A stretch of DNA of 64,000 nucleotides from Gammaproteobacteria bacterium (GCA_965220895.1 OZ244850.1:596861-660860), one strand, 5' to 3'; counted from the stretch's first letter, positions 31,778 through 41,141 are shown. Notes: generated by a model not told the origin, from the letters alone. Numbers and translations: made by a program.

Positions 31778-31819
31778 GGTGCTTCACTTCGGTCCAGTCA
31801 TGACGTGTCTTCAGCTCAC

Positions 31820-33373
31820 TCAGGCAGCCTCGGCCTGCTCCTGCGCTTCCCCAGGCGGGTCTTCTTCAGACTCTTCCTTCCCTTCAGGCTGCAGCACAAT
31901 TGCGTTGCTGACGAGTTGGTGCAGGCTGACGATTTGATCCATCTCGAAATCATAGTATGGGAACACTTTGGAAAACTGGCTTTTGCAAATCGCACACATC
32001 GCCGCCATGTGGGTCACGCCGTAGTCATCCACAACATTCTTAAGGGCTTCCATGCGCGGCAGTGCGCCCTTGACGCGCAACTCGATCAGGTCATCCGTCA
32101 GCAAACCGCCGCCGCCGCCGCAACAATAGGTACCTTCCTTGATGGAGTAACTCGGCATGTCCACGTAGTGGTTGCAGACCGTCCTGAGAATTTCTCTCGG
32201 GATCTCGAACTGGCCACCTGGCCGGTCCCCCATCCGCGATGCGCGGGCGACATTGCAGGAGTCGTGGTAGGTAATCACCATGTCATCATTTTTCGAGGGA
32301 TCCAGAGTCAGTTTTCCCTCCTGGATCAGGCCGTGAGTCACTTCACAAATATGCTGCGGCACCGGATAGCTGGGGTCCAGAAAATCGAACGGCCCGGCCA
32401 GGGTGTTCAGGAACGAATAGGCGACTCTCCAGGCATGCCCGCACTCGCCGAATACGATCCGCTTGACGCCAAGATCAAGCGCCGCCTCGCGTATACGCAG
32501 GGCGAGTTTTCGCATATTTTCATAGCTGCCGATGAACATGCCGAAGTTTGCGGCTTCACTGGCATAGGAGCTCAGCGTCCATGAAATGCCTGCCTGGTGA
32601 AACACTTTTGCGTAGCCGATCAACCCGTCGATATGGGGCTCGGCAAAAAAATCGGCGGACGGCGTGACGACCAGAACATCCGCGCCTTTGACATCAAGGG
32701 GAAACTGCACTTGAACTCCGGTTTCCTCTTCAACATCTTCTTCCAGCCCTTCCAGGGTGTCCGCGAGCGCAGGTTCCGGCAAACCCAGGTTATTACCGAT
32801 CACATGGACCTTACCGATAATCTCATTGCAGTATTTCTGACCCTTGCCGACGGCATCCATGATCTCGCGCGCAGCCATGGAGATTTCTGCGGTATCGATT
32901 CCATAGGGGCAGTACACCGAACACCGCCTGCACTGGGAACACTGATGGAAGTAGCTGTACCAGTCGTCCAGCACTTCTTCGGTCAGGTCTTCCGCACCGA
33001 CAAGCTTCGGGAAAAGTTTGCCGGGAAGCGTGTAGTAGCGCCGGTACACTTTCCTGAACAGGTCCTGGCGTGCCACAGGCATGTTTTTCGGATCCGTCGT
33101 GCCCAGGTAGTAGTGGCACTTGTCCGTGCAGGCACCGCACTTCACGCAGGAATCCAGGAATACCTGCAGCGAGCGGTACTTGCCGGTAAGCTCACCCATC
33201 TTGTCGATCGCCACTTCTTTCCAGTTATCGACCAACTCACCCGGATAACCAAGTTTTTCCTGAAAGTCAGGCTTGGCGACAAACGGCTTGCTGTGCGCCA
33301 TGACGCCTTCCTGCAAGTGGGGAATGACCGGGTACTCCCGGATCTTCGGAGTTTCAAATTCTGCAGCTGCCAT
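31820..33373 (-). CDS. dsrK: DsrK, HdrD-like catalytic Fe-S subunit
   Basis: Two ferredoxin-type Cys clusters and CCG domains (CCGGGGG). 517 aa. Confidence 0.9.
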   Translation of the reverse strand: MAAAEFETPKIREYPVIPHLQEGVMAHSKPFVAKPDFQEKLGYPGELVDNWKEVAIDKMGELTGKYRSLQVFLDSCVKCGACTDKCHYYLGTTDPKNMPVARQDLFRKVYRRYYTLPGKLFPKLVGAEDLTEEVLDDWYSYFHQCSQCRRCSVYCPYGIDTAEISMAAREIMDAVGKGQKYCNEIIGKVHVIGNNLGLPEPALADTLEGLEEDVEEETGVQVQFPLDVKGADVLVVTPSADFFAEPHIDGLIGYAKVFHQAGISWTLSSYASEAANFGMFIGSYENMRKLALRIREAALDLGVKRIVFGECGHAWRVAYSFLNTLAGPFDFLDPSYPVPQHICEVTHGLIQEGKLTLDPSKNDDMVITYHDSCNVARASRMGDRPGGQFEIPREILRTVCNHYVDMPSYSIKEGTYCCGGGGGLLTDDLIELRVKGALPRMEALKNVVDDYGVTHMAAMCAICKSQFSKVFPYYDFEMDQIVSLHQLVSNAIVLQPEGKEESEEDPPGEAQEQAEAA

Positions 33374-33375
33374 AA

Positions 33376-34116
33376 CTAACCCGAATTGGATGATTCAAGC
33401 CTGGAAGCCCAATCGGCCACATGGCGACGCTCGCGGGGATTATCGACCTGGTTTCGGGTCGGGCTGAAGAACACGCCCGGGGCATGCAGGAGCTTGCTGA
33501 AGGGAAAGATGACCATCAGCAGAATCACCAAGCTCAAGTGCACGATCAGGATCAGGTCATGGGGCAGCGGGGACCAGCTGAAGGCAAAAAGTCCCAGGAA
33601 AAATGCCTTCAGTGCAACGATGTCCGTGTGGTCCACAAAAGTCATCAATGCCCCGGTAACCCCGATGGCGATCAGCAGCAGCAGCATCAGGTGGTCCGAG
33701 GGTGCGGATATATAGCGGACGCGGTCGACAAACAGTCTTCTAGCCCACAAGCCGGCCAGGCCCGCCAACATCATGAAAGCGGCATATTTTCCAAACGGCT
33801 GTAAAAAGACCACCCAGCCCCAGACCGGGTCGGTGAAGTAGCGCAAGTGCCTCAACAGGACCAGCAGCAGACCAAAATGAAACATCCATCCAAACAGCCA
33901 GGTCCACTTGTTGGCTTTGAACAGGCTTTCGAATATCGTGAGTTCCTTGACCATCCGGAACACGACACCGCCGCGCGTCGTCGGCGCAGGAGTTGTGGGT
34001 ATTTTTAAAGGTGCGGGTGCTTTGGCGTACTGCCAGATTTTACGTGCAGTAAATACCAGCAATATGGCAGTTGCCACATAGAACAAGACTGCAAAGACGA
34101 TCGTTACGACTGACAT
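33376..34116 (-). CDS. dsrM: DsrM, NarI-like dihaem b membrane subunit
   Basis: 5-TM NarI/HdrE-like protein with conserved His residues. 3-bp gap to dsrK. Confidence 0.85.
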   Translation of the reverse strand: MSVVTIVFAVLFYVATAILLVFTARKIWQYAKAPAPLKIPTTPAPTTRGGVVFRMVKELTIFESLFKANKWTWLFGWMFHFGLLLVLLRHLRYFTDPVWGWVVFLQPFGKYAAFMMLAGLAGLWARRLFVDRVRYISAPSDHLMLLLLIAIGVTGALMTFVDHTDIVALKAFFLGLFAFSWSPLPHDLILIVHLSLVILLMVIFPFSKLLHAPGVFFSPTRNQVDNPRERRHVADWASRLESSNSG

Positions 34117-34224
34117 CTATCAGGGTTTCTTGGCACTTCACCCCCGGCATGAATAGGGTCTCGATGCAGAGAAGAAAGGCAGCTTGACCTTTCGGCCATT
34201 TCCCTTGTTAAGGCCCAGTGCAGC

Positions 34225-34557
34225 CTACACGCAGCCCGTCGGCTTGGGCAGACCTGCGTATTTACACGCCTGCTTCGCAGGACCGTAAGGAAACAGTTCA
34301 TACAGGTACTTGCTGTTACCCTTGTCCTTGCCCAGCTTCTTGCCGATGGCCTTGGTCAGCACGCGCACCGCAGGAGCAATCTGGTACTCTTCGTAGTATG
34401 AGCGCAGAAAGTTGATCACCTCCCAGTGATTTTCTCCCAGTTCGGCACCATCCGCTGCCGCCATCGCATCTGCCAGTTCCGGTTGCCAGTCGTTAAGGTT
34501 GGCCAAATAGCCTTCTTCATCAGTCTCAAAGGACTTGCCGTCTACTTCTAAAGGCAT
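34225..34557 (-). CDS. dsrC: DsrC with both conserved C-terminal cysteines
   Basis: C-terminus KQACKYAGLPKPTGCV (CysB...CysA). 110 aa. Confidence 0.9.
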   Translation of the reverse strand: MPLEVDGKSFETDEEGYLANLNDWQPELADAMAAADGAELGENHWEVINFLRSYYEEYQIAPAVRVLTKAIGKKLGKDKGNSKYLYELFPYGPAKQACKYAGLPKPTGCV

Positions 34558-34595
34558 GCAATTCTCCTAGTTTTCTCGCGTTCGTTAAACATATT

Positions 34596-34904
34596 CTACA
34601 GCCACGACTGAACGGTATCATGTTCGGTCGTCAAATCTACAAAGCCATTATAATCGACTACCTGAATCCCATCGATGACCTTGCCATTGTCCAGTCCACG
34701 GGCCTGGATATCCGGGCCCAGGACATAAATTGAAAAATCGTTCATGGCCTGAGTGACTTTATCACTGAACCTCGTGTTACGCATGGCGCCGATAACGCCA
34801 TCCTCGAACAAAAGCACAGCACTTCCCGCCTTGGCCAAGCGCAGACAGGATTCCAGGGCGTTACGTTCAAACGGGGACTTGTTTACGGTGTGCAAGGTGG
34901 CCAT
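34596..34904 (-). CDS. dsrH: DsrH
   Basis: 102 aa TusB/DsrH family protein, positioned after dsrF. Confidence 0.8.
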   Translation of the reverse strand: MATLHTVNKSPFERNALESCLRLAKAGSAVLLFEDGVIGAMRNTRFSDKVTQAMNDFSIYVLGPDIQARGLDNGKVIDGIQVVDYNGFVDLTTEHDTVQSWL

Positions 34905-34912
34905 GACAGATA

Positions 34913-35332
34913 TCAGAAACTCAGTATCACGTCCTGTTCATCAATGATTTTGACCAGGTCTTCGCGCCCGACCACGAACAGTGAATCCTTTTCTGCCCAG
35001 TCATCGTCCTCATCCTCGTATTTCAGCGCCTGAAGATCCTCGGCAGACAAGCCGCGCTCTTCCAGGGACTCCTGCTCCACATACACTTTTTTGATGTCGT
35101 AATCCCCGAGCGCCGTGTAGGTCTTGGAAAAGTTTTTCATACCGATGGCGGCCGTGTCCTGACCCTTGGTGAGCTGGTATACGCCGTCGTCCGCAAACAC
35201 CAGGCTGATGTCCTGGTCAAACGCCGCCGCGATAAGTACGACCTCCAGGGATTCCAGCGCATAGATCGTTCCGTACGGGGCCTTACGGTTGATATAACAA
35301 AATTTCTTGACTACGCCCTCGCCGTTTTCCAC
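34913..35332 (-). CDS. dsrF: DsrF
   Basis: TusC/DsrF family, 139 aa. Confidence 0.8.
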   Translation of the reverse strand: MENGEGVVKKFCYINRKAPYGTIYALESLEVVLIAAAFDQDISLVFADDGVYQLTKGQDTAAIGMKNFSKTYTALGDYDIKKVYVEQESLEERGLSAEDLQALKYEDEDDDWAEKDSLFVVGREDLVKIIDEQDVILSF

Positions 35333-35350
35333 CAGACATCCCCTAGAAGT

Positions 35351-35743
35351 TCAATCCCCGAAAGTCACCAGGCGATCCGCCTGTATTCCGGCTTCGATGA
35401 GTTGACCCAGGCCCGAGATACGAAAGCCCGGCGCCAGGTTGTTTGCACTCTTGCCATGTCGCCCCATTTCGTCTTCGTCGAGCACCCCGCGACGCTGCGC
35501 AGCGGCCACGCACACCACCAGGTCCAGGCCGTGCTTTTCAGCCAAACCAGACCATTCCAGGGTGAGATTACGGTCATCCTGGGGCGGCACACCCAAGCTC
35601 GTGCCGTTGTTTACTCCGTCGTGGTAGAAAAAGACCCGAAAGATCTCATGCCCTTTGTGCAGGGCAGCTTTTACAAATTGCAGGGCCGAATCAGATGCTT
35701 GGTGCGTGTACGGTCCTTCATTGATCACAATTCCAAACTTCAC
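35351..35743 (-). CDS. dsrE: DsrE
   Basis: TusD/DsrE family with the active-site Cys region (LVVCVAAAQRRG). 130 aa. Confidence 0.85.
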   Translation of the reverse strand: MKFGIVINEGPYTHQASDSALQFVKAALHKGHEIFRVFFYHDGVNNGTSLGVPPQDDRNLTLEWSGLAEKHGLDLVVCVAAAQRRGVLDEDEMGRHGKSANNLAPGFRISGLGQLIEAGIQADRLVTFGD

Positions 35744-35758
35744 ACTGCTCCCTCATGC

Positions 35759-36832
35759 CTAGAAACGGATATGAGCCGAAGAATTCAGGCTTCTGCGTGC
35801 ACCACGCCAGTTATCAATGTGGAATTTGGTAAAGGGAAGTCCCGTGCTCTCAAAGAACCGCGGCCAGCCGATACGCTCAATCCAGTCATTGATGCGCTCC
35901 CAGTCTCTGGCGCCGTCACGATAGGCCCGCAGGATTTGCTTGACCACCGCGGTCGCTTCCGGCCAGCGCGGCGGATTGTTGGGAATCCCCGCAGCCACCA
36001 GTTTCTGGAAGGTGGGCTTGCCCCGTGCATTACTGTGGTTGCCTCCGACCCAGATCGCAAGCTGGCTGTGCTCCGCATCATTGATCTGCATGGGCGGACA
36101 GGGCGGATAACAGGCCCCGCAGCAAATGCATTTTTTCTCGTCGACTTCAAGCGAGGGTTTGCCGTTCACCTGTGCAGGACGAATCGCTGCCACCGGGCAA
36201 CGGGCCACCACGGAAGGCCGCTCACATACATTGGATACCAGGTCATGGTTGATTTTCGGCGGCTTGGTGTGCTGTACATTGATCGCGATATCCCCCTGGC
36301 CACCACAGTTGATCTGGCAGCAGGAGGTCGTGATGTGTACGCGATTGGGCATGTTGTTTTCACGAAACTCATCGATCAGCTCGTCCATCATGGCCTTGAC
36401 CACGCCGGAGGCGTCGGTGCCCGGGATGTCGCAATGCAGCCAGCCCTGGGTATGCGAAATCATGGCCACGGAATTCTTCGTCCCGCCCACCACGAAGCCC
36501 TCGGTTTCCAGGGCATCGATCAGCGGCTGCACCTTGGAGCCGTCCGCCACCATGTATTCAATATTGCTGCGAATCGTAAAGCGCACATAGCCTTCTGCAA
36601 ATTCATCGCCGATCTCGCAAAGCTTGCGCAGGGTGAATACATCCAGGATACGCTGCGTTCCTGCCCGCACGGTCCAGATACGATCCCCGTTGTCAGCAAC
36701 ATGCAGCAGGACTCCCGGACGCGGGTGCTCGTGATAATCCCAGGCGCCGTAATTCTTGCGCATCACAGGATGCATGTACTGGAATCCGTCGGGGCAACCC
36801 GACTCAATGGGTGCACGATGCTGCTGCGCCAT
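35759..36832 (-). CDS. dsrB: dissimilatory sulfite reductase beta subunit (reverse type)
   Basis: Siroheme-[4Fe-4S] binding Cys motifs and a ferredoxin-like insert (CICCGACYPPCP). Confidence 0.9.
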   Translation of the reverse strand: MAQQHRAPIESGCPDGFQYMHPVMRKNYGAWDYHEHPRPGVLLHVADNGDRIWTVRAGTQRILDVFTLRKLCEIGDEFAEGYVRFTIRSNIEYMVADGSKVQPLIDALETEGFVVGGTKNSVAMISHTQGWLHCDIPGTDASGVVKAMMDELIDEFRENNMPNRVHITTSCCQINCGGQGDIAINVQHTKPPKINHDLVSNVCERPSVVARCPVAAIRPAQVNGKPSLEVDEKKCICCGACYPPCPPMQINDAEHSQLAIWVGGNHSNARGKPTFQKLVAAGIPNNPPRWPEATAVVKQILRAYRDGARDWERINDWIERIGWPRFFESTGLPFTKFHIDNWRGARRSLNSSAHIRF

Positions 36833-36899
36833 TCTGTTCTCCTAAAACGTTGTAGCCTGATGCTTTACGGAAAGTGTGGATACGGCAGGACTGCAGGGT

Positions 36900-38165
36900 C
36901 TATCCTGCGGCCGCCTGTCGCTGCTCGACTTTTCTCTGGAACCATTTCTCGGCTTCTTCATCCCAGCCGTCAGTACGCAGGTAGGAACTCTGGCGCGGCT
37001 CATCGACCATGTTGGGGTCGACTTCCACACCAACTCCTTCCAGAAAATTGACCAGCCCGATACGTTCGATCATTTCGCCGCATCGCTCATGCTCCAGGCC
37101 GTTCTCTGCCCAGAAATCAATGGTCTCCTCGGCCAGTTCGACCAGTTTTTCGTAATCCTCTTCGGTCTCGAGCTTCATGAACGGCACGACCACCGTGCCC
37201 ATCAGATCGCCAATCTTGAGGGTACGCTTGCCGCCGATCAGTATGGTCACCCCCCGATCGTCTCCCGGAGACAGGGCTTTCACCATGACGTTCAGGCAAT
37301 GCATGCAACGAACGCAATCCTGGTTGTTGACCTCCAGGGTGTCGTCGTCTTTCAGGGTAAGGGCCTTGGTGGGACACCGGGTGATTACATTGTCGATGAC
37401 ATACTGGCGCCCCTTGCGGTGCACAAACTTCTTGACCTCTTCCTGATCCACTTTCATGTCGTCACGCCATGTGCCGATAATGGAAAAGTCCGATCGCTCA
37501 ATCGAGTTCATGCAGTCATTTGGGCATCCGGATACTTTGAACTTGAATTTGTAGGGCAGTGCGGGACGATGGACATCGTCGGTGAAGTTGTTGAGCAGGG
37601 TTCGGTGAATTTTCATCTCGTCCGCGTTGGACATCTCACACCGCGCGGAGCCTACACAGGACTGTCCGGTGCGCACACAGGGGCCTGCACCCCCCAAATC
37701 CCATCCGTAATCATTGATCTCGTCAAAAAAGTGCTGCGTGTTTTCCGTCGTTGCCCCGATAAACATGATGTTCCCGGTCTGCCCGTGAAAGGTCACCAGC
37801 CCGGAACCCCATTTCTCCCAGCTGCTTCCAAGCTGTCGCAGCATGTCCGTCGTGTAGTAGTTTCCTGCAGGAGGCTGGACTCGCAGGGTATGGAACTCCT
37901 TGGATTCAGGAAACGCCGAACCGACTTCGGAAAAACGCGGAATGATTCCGCTGCCGTATCCAAAAACTGAAACCGTGCCACCCTTCCAGTAACCTTTGCG
38001 CGTCTCGTAGGAGTGTTCCAGCTGGCCCAGCAAGGAGTTGGCTACGCCGCGGACCCGTTCATCTTCATGCTTGTCGCGCAGGCGCTTGATACCGGAAACA
38101 AAACTTGGCCAAGGACCCGTTTCCAGGTCATCGAGCATAGGAGTGGGATGATGCGTATCGGCCAT
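36900..38165 (-). CDS. dsrA: dissimilatory sulfite reductase alpha subunit (reverse type)
   Basis: DsrA Cys motifs (CxxxxxC...CxxxC) and a ferredoxin domain (CVRCMHC). 421 aa. Followed by dsrB-dsrEFH-dsrC. Confidence 0.9.
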   Translation of the reverse strand: MADTHHPTPMLDDLETGPWPSFVSGIKRLRDKHEDERVRGVANSLLGQLEHSYETRKGYWKGGTVSVFGYGSGIIPRFSEVGSAFPESKEFHTLRVQPPAGNYYTTDMLRQLGSSWEKWGSGLVTFHGQTGNIMFIGATTENTQHFFDEINDYGWDLGGAGPCVRTGQSCVGSARCEMSNADEMKIHRTLLNNFTDDVHRPALPYKFKFKVSGCPNDCMNSIERSDFSIIGTWRDDMKVDQEEVKKFVHRKGRQYVIDNVITRCPTKALTLKDDDTLEVNNQDCVRCMHCLNVMVKALSPGDDRGVTILIGGKRTLKIGDLMGTVVVPFMKLETEEDYEKLVELAEETIDFWAENGLEHERCGEMIERIGLVNFLEGVGVEVDPNMVDEPRQSSYLRTDGWDEEAEKWFQRKVEQRQAAAG

Positions 38166-38279
38166 TATGAAATCTCCTTACGTATTTCTGGTTTCAAATC
38201 CGAAACTTCCAACCGGATGCATGGACTTTTCAAGTGTACAGGAACACGTCACGGCAAAGAAGCCCGAAGGTCTAAACAT

Positions 38280-38300
38280 ACACCCATGAGTCTAGAAGCA
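38280..38300. promoter_or_regulatory. perfect inverted repeat GTCTAG-N9-CTAGAC, candidate operator in the dsrA/TauD-like divergent region
   Basis: Read directly from the sequence. An additional GGTCTAAAC half-site copy lies at 38259-38267. The repeat is 115-135 bp upstream of the dsrA start codon. Confidence 0.3.
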
Positions 38301-38484
38301 GGGCCTAGACGACAAAATACCTCCATGGGGGGCGAACCCAAAAGCAGGTTATCCCGATAGAGATAGGATTTATCAGGTCGATCATATTAAGCTAAACCGG
38401 AAGTGTCCCAGACATGATTCCGGAGGGAAATCCAGACACAGACAGCCAACCTTTTCCCCGGACCGTTTCTGTGCTCGCCAAACC

Positions 38485-39402
38485 ATGCAGCAGTTCTCAC
38501 TCGAAAACCACAGCGCGTACCGTCGGTGGCGGACACGCAAACTCAGGAACTACCCGGCCCGTACCGAACAGCTGATCGTAGACATTCAGAATCCCTACCG
38601 GCTGACCCAAGAAGAAAAAAACGGGCTGTTGCAGTTGTGCGAGAAGGCCAATCTTGCCATCTACAGGGCCCCGCACGGCGATGTACAGGACAAGAATGTC
38701 GTGACCGCCATTGCCGGGCAGTTGGGCCTGGTCCGCATGGACGCCAACTTCTGTGCAGACCGGGACCGGATCTCTTCCATACAGGTCCTGCGTAAAGGAT
38801 CGGCAAGCTCGTACATTCCCTATACGAGCAAGCCCCTGAACTGGCACACCGACGGCTACTACAACCGGGAGGCGCAACGCATCCGGGCTTTCTTGATGCA
38901 CTGTGTACGCCCGGCCGGGAGCGGCGGTGAAAACACCTACCTGGACCCCGAAATCCTCTACATCCTGCTGCGCGATCATGACCCGGGGCACATTGAGGCC
39001 CTGATGGATCCTGAGGCCATGACCATACCTCCCAATCCTGAAAACCGCGAACGACCGGATCTTGAGACGACCGGGCCGGTATTTGTGATCGACAGGGCCA
39101 CGCAGACGTTATACATGCGCTATACCGCCCGGACCCGCAACATCCAGTGGAAAGACAGCCCGGCATGTGTGCGGGCCAGGACTACCTTGCTGGATCTTCT
39201 CAATGACAATGCCTATCGATTCCACTACCGCCTGCAAAGTGGGGAGGGTGTGATTTGCAACAATGTGCTGCATAATCGAACCATGTTTACCGATAAACCC
39301 CGCTCAGGACGCCTGCTGTACCGGGCCCGCTTTTATGAACGTGTGTCCAGCCCGGACCCTGCGAACGGCATGGCCCATACCGACGATGCTGTGGCTGAGT
39401 GA
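38485..39402 (+). CDS. TauD/TfdA-family Fe(II)/2-oxoglutarate dioxygenase
   Basis: HxD facial-triad motif (NWHTDGYY) and C-terminal His/Arg region typical of TauD-like dioxygenases. 305 aa. Confidence 0.75.
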   Translation: MQQFSLENHSAYRRWRTRKLRNYPARTEQLIVDIQNPYRLTQEEKNGLLQLCEKANLAIYRAPHGDVQDKNVVTAIAGQLGLVRMDANFCADRDRISSIQVLRKGSASSYIPYTSKPLNWHTDGYYNREAQRIRAFLMHCVRPAGSGGENTYLDPEILYILLRDHDPGHIEALMDPEAMTIPPNPENRERPDLETTGPVFVIDRATQTLYMRYTARTRNIQWKDSPACVRARTTLLDLLNDNAYRFHYRLQSGEGVICNNVLHNRTMFTDKPRSGRLLYRARFYERVSSPDPANGMAHTDDAVAE

Positions 39403-39409
39403 GGTCCTC

Positions 39410-39586
39410 ATGCAGCACCATGAGCTGCGCTCGTTTGAAGAACTCAAGGAAAAGATCGGTGAGCAGGCCCGGACAGAAGAGCTGTTCTTTCGCATGGACG
39501 TGCGTCCCCCGTTTCACGACACCCCCGAAAACTGGGAGGACATCCTGGAATCGGTATTCACCGCAGCCAAGAAAACCCCCGGCTAG
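39410..39586 (+). CDS. hypothetical small protein (58 aa)
   Basis: ATG 8 nt after the TauD-like stop. Ends 8 nt before the next gene. No recognisable motif. Confidence 0.35.
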   Translation: MQHHELRSFEELKEKIGEQARTEELFFRMDVRPPFHDTPENWEDILESVFTAAKKTPG

Positions 39587-39593
39587 TCCTGCA

Positions 39594-40283
39594 ATGTACT
39601 GGCAGGACCGAGAAGACAAGAGTGAGCAGTACGTCGTACCGGACGATGTTGTCGATTTGTCATTCAAGGTACAGTGCAAGCAGTTGCCGCTGGACCATGC
39701 CTACGACCTTTCCCGGGCCATTCAGGCAGAACTGGGCTGGATCGCAGAAGAACCCCGGGCCGGAATTCACCTGATCCATGGCGCCGAGTCAGGGAACGGC
39801 TGGATCCGGCCGCAGGAACCGGATGCCCTGCTGAGCCTGTCCCGCCGTACGCGTTTCATGCTGAGATTGCCGAAACACCGTATCGACGAGGCCAAGCAGC
39901 TTGCGGGAAGAAGTATCCAGGTCGGCGCGCATGAAATGATCCTGAGCCAGCCCCACGAGAAACTGCTTTCCACACAAACCACGATCTTTGCCCGCTACAT
40001 CGTCACCGATCATCTCACCGACGAGGGGGCCTTCCTGGAACAGGCGGACAACCTGCTAAAGGAGCAGGGCATACGCGCCAGGAAAATGATGAGCGGGCGG
40101 GCCCATGTGCTGAGGATGCCGGGGGACAATCTTGCCACGCGCAGCCTGATGATCGGCAGTCTTGAAAAAGAGGAGTCCATACAGCTGCAGCAACAAGGCC
40201 TGGGCACAGGCCGAGAGCTGGGCTGTGGCCTGTTCCTACCTCATAAGGGTATTGACGCCGTCCGCCAATCGCAGGAAAAATAA
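39594..40283 (+). CDS. orphan Cas6e(CasE)-like RAMP-fold protein
   Basis: N-terminal DLSFKV..LPLDHAYDLSRAI (Cas6 ferredoxin-fold start). C-terminal glycine-rich loop QQGLGTGRELGCGLF closely resembles E. coli Cas6e QQGIGPAKSMGCGLL. 230 aa. No Cascade genes nearby. Confidence 0.6.
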   Translation: MYWQDREDKSEQYVVPDDVVDLSFKVQCKQLPLDHAYDLSRAIQAELGWIAEEPRAGIHLIHGAESGNGWIRPQEPDALLSLSRRTRFMLRLPKHRIDEAKQLAGRSIQVGAHEMILSQPHEKLLSTQTTIFARYIVTDHLTDEGAFLEQADNLLKEQGIRARKMMSGRAHVLRMPGDNLATRSLMIGSLEKEESIQLQQQGLGTGRELGCGLFLPHKGIDAVRQSQEK

Positions 40284-40347
40284 AACCACTATTGAGTTAA
40301 CTGCTTACAAGAAGGCAAGCAAGAAATTGTCAGTGAGGAGTGAAGTT

Positions 40348-40689
40348 ATGGCAATTAACATTGATGGTAAGGAAATCGAAACGACGGATTCCGGTTTTCT
40401 GGTGGACATTGGAGACTGGAGCGAAGCGGTCGCCGAAGCCATTGCCCAGCAGGAAGACCTTGAGCTGACCGAAAGACACTGGGACGTCATCAAGTATCTC
40501 AGGGATGAGTTCATCAACAACAGCGGGAACCTGCCCAATACCCGGAACATGGTCAAGACCATGGCCAAGACCTGGGGGGACAAGAAAGTAAACGCCAAGA
40601 CCCTGTACGACCTGTTTCCCGGAAACCCCAGCAAGCAGGCAGGGCGTATCGGCGGACTGCCCGAAAGCCGGCGCAAGGGCGGTTATTGA
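40348..40689 (+). CDS. DsrC/TusE-family protein lacking both C-terminal cysteines
   Basis: TLYDLFPGNPSKQAGRIGGLPESRRKGGY aligns with the DsrC tail YLYELFPYGPAKQACKYAGLPKPTGCV, with both Cys substituted. Good RBS GAGGAG before the ATG at 40348. Confidence 0.8.
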   Translation: MAINIDGKEIETTDSGFLVDIGDWSEAVAEAIAQQEDLELTERHWDVIKYLRDEFINNSGNLPNTRNMVKTMAKTWGDKKVNAKTLYDLFPGNPSKQAGRIGGLPESRRKGGY

Positions 40690-40803
40690 TTCAGCTCCGC
40701 GGGTGCAGAATGCGCCATGCCTGCACCCCTTAGTGAATACAGACAGCGGGCCATAGGGCTACTAGCGTATGGCAGGCTGGCTTAAACAGAGTGAGGATTT
40801 GAC

Positions 40804-41007
40804 GTGAGTTCCAAACAGGAAAAGATCCAGAAGCTGCTTGAGATGCAAAGGAAGTTCATCGAATTCGAGCAAACCGGGAAGTTGACGGCAGAAAGCTACT
40901 GGCTGCCGGGGAAAGGCTCAGAGCTGGAAGGCTTCAAAGATGAGTATACGAAGGTTGCCATGAAAGTGGTTGACGATGCTCATGACGAAGTTGGCTCCAA
41001 ACCCTAG
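40804..41007 (+). CDS. hypothetical small protein (67 aa, GTG start)
   Basis: ORF only; no recognisable motif. Confidence 0.3.
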   Translation: MSSKQEKIQKLLEMQRKFIEFEQTGKLTAESYWLPGKGSELEGFKDEYTKVAMKVVDDAHDEVGSKP

Positions 41008-41141
41008 ACCAGCCTACTAAAACCGTCCTTTTCTGTACCCGCCCCAGGCTGTAATGAAACCGGCCTGCAAGGGCATCGCGACCCGGCTCCCCCTGATGAC
41101 TCTATCGGACCCGCCGACCAGCTCCCACGGGATCCGCGGTG

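Noticed and set aside
35402-37051. 549-aa plus-strand ORF spanning dsrE-dsrB-dsrA
   Set aside because: It is antisense to three well-supported dsr genes, has low-complexity Arg/His/Gly-rich composition, and has no recognisable domain.
39594-40283. Possibility that the Cas6e-like gene marks a cryptic type I-E CRISPR-Cas system
   Set aside because: No cse1/cse2/cas7/cas5/cas3 ORFs and no second repeat family are in the window. It was kept as an orphan Cas6-like gene instead.
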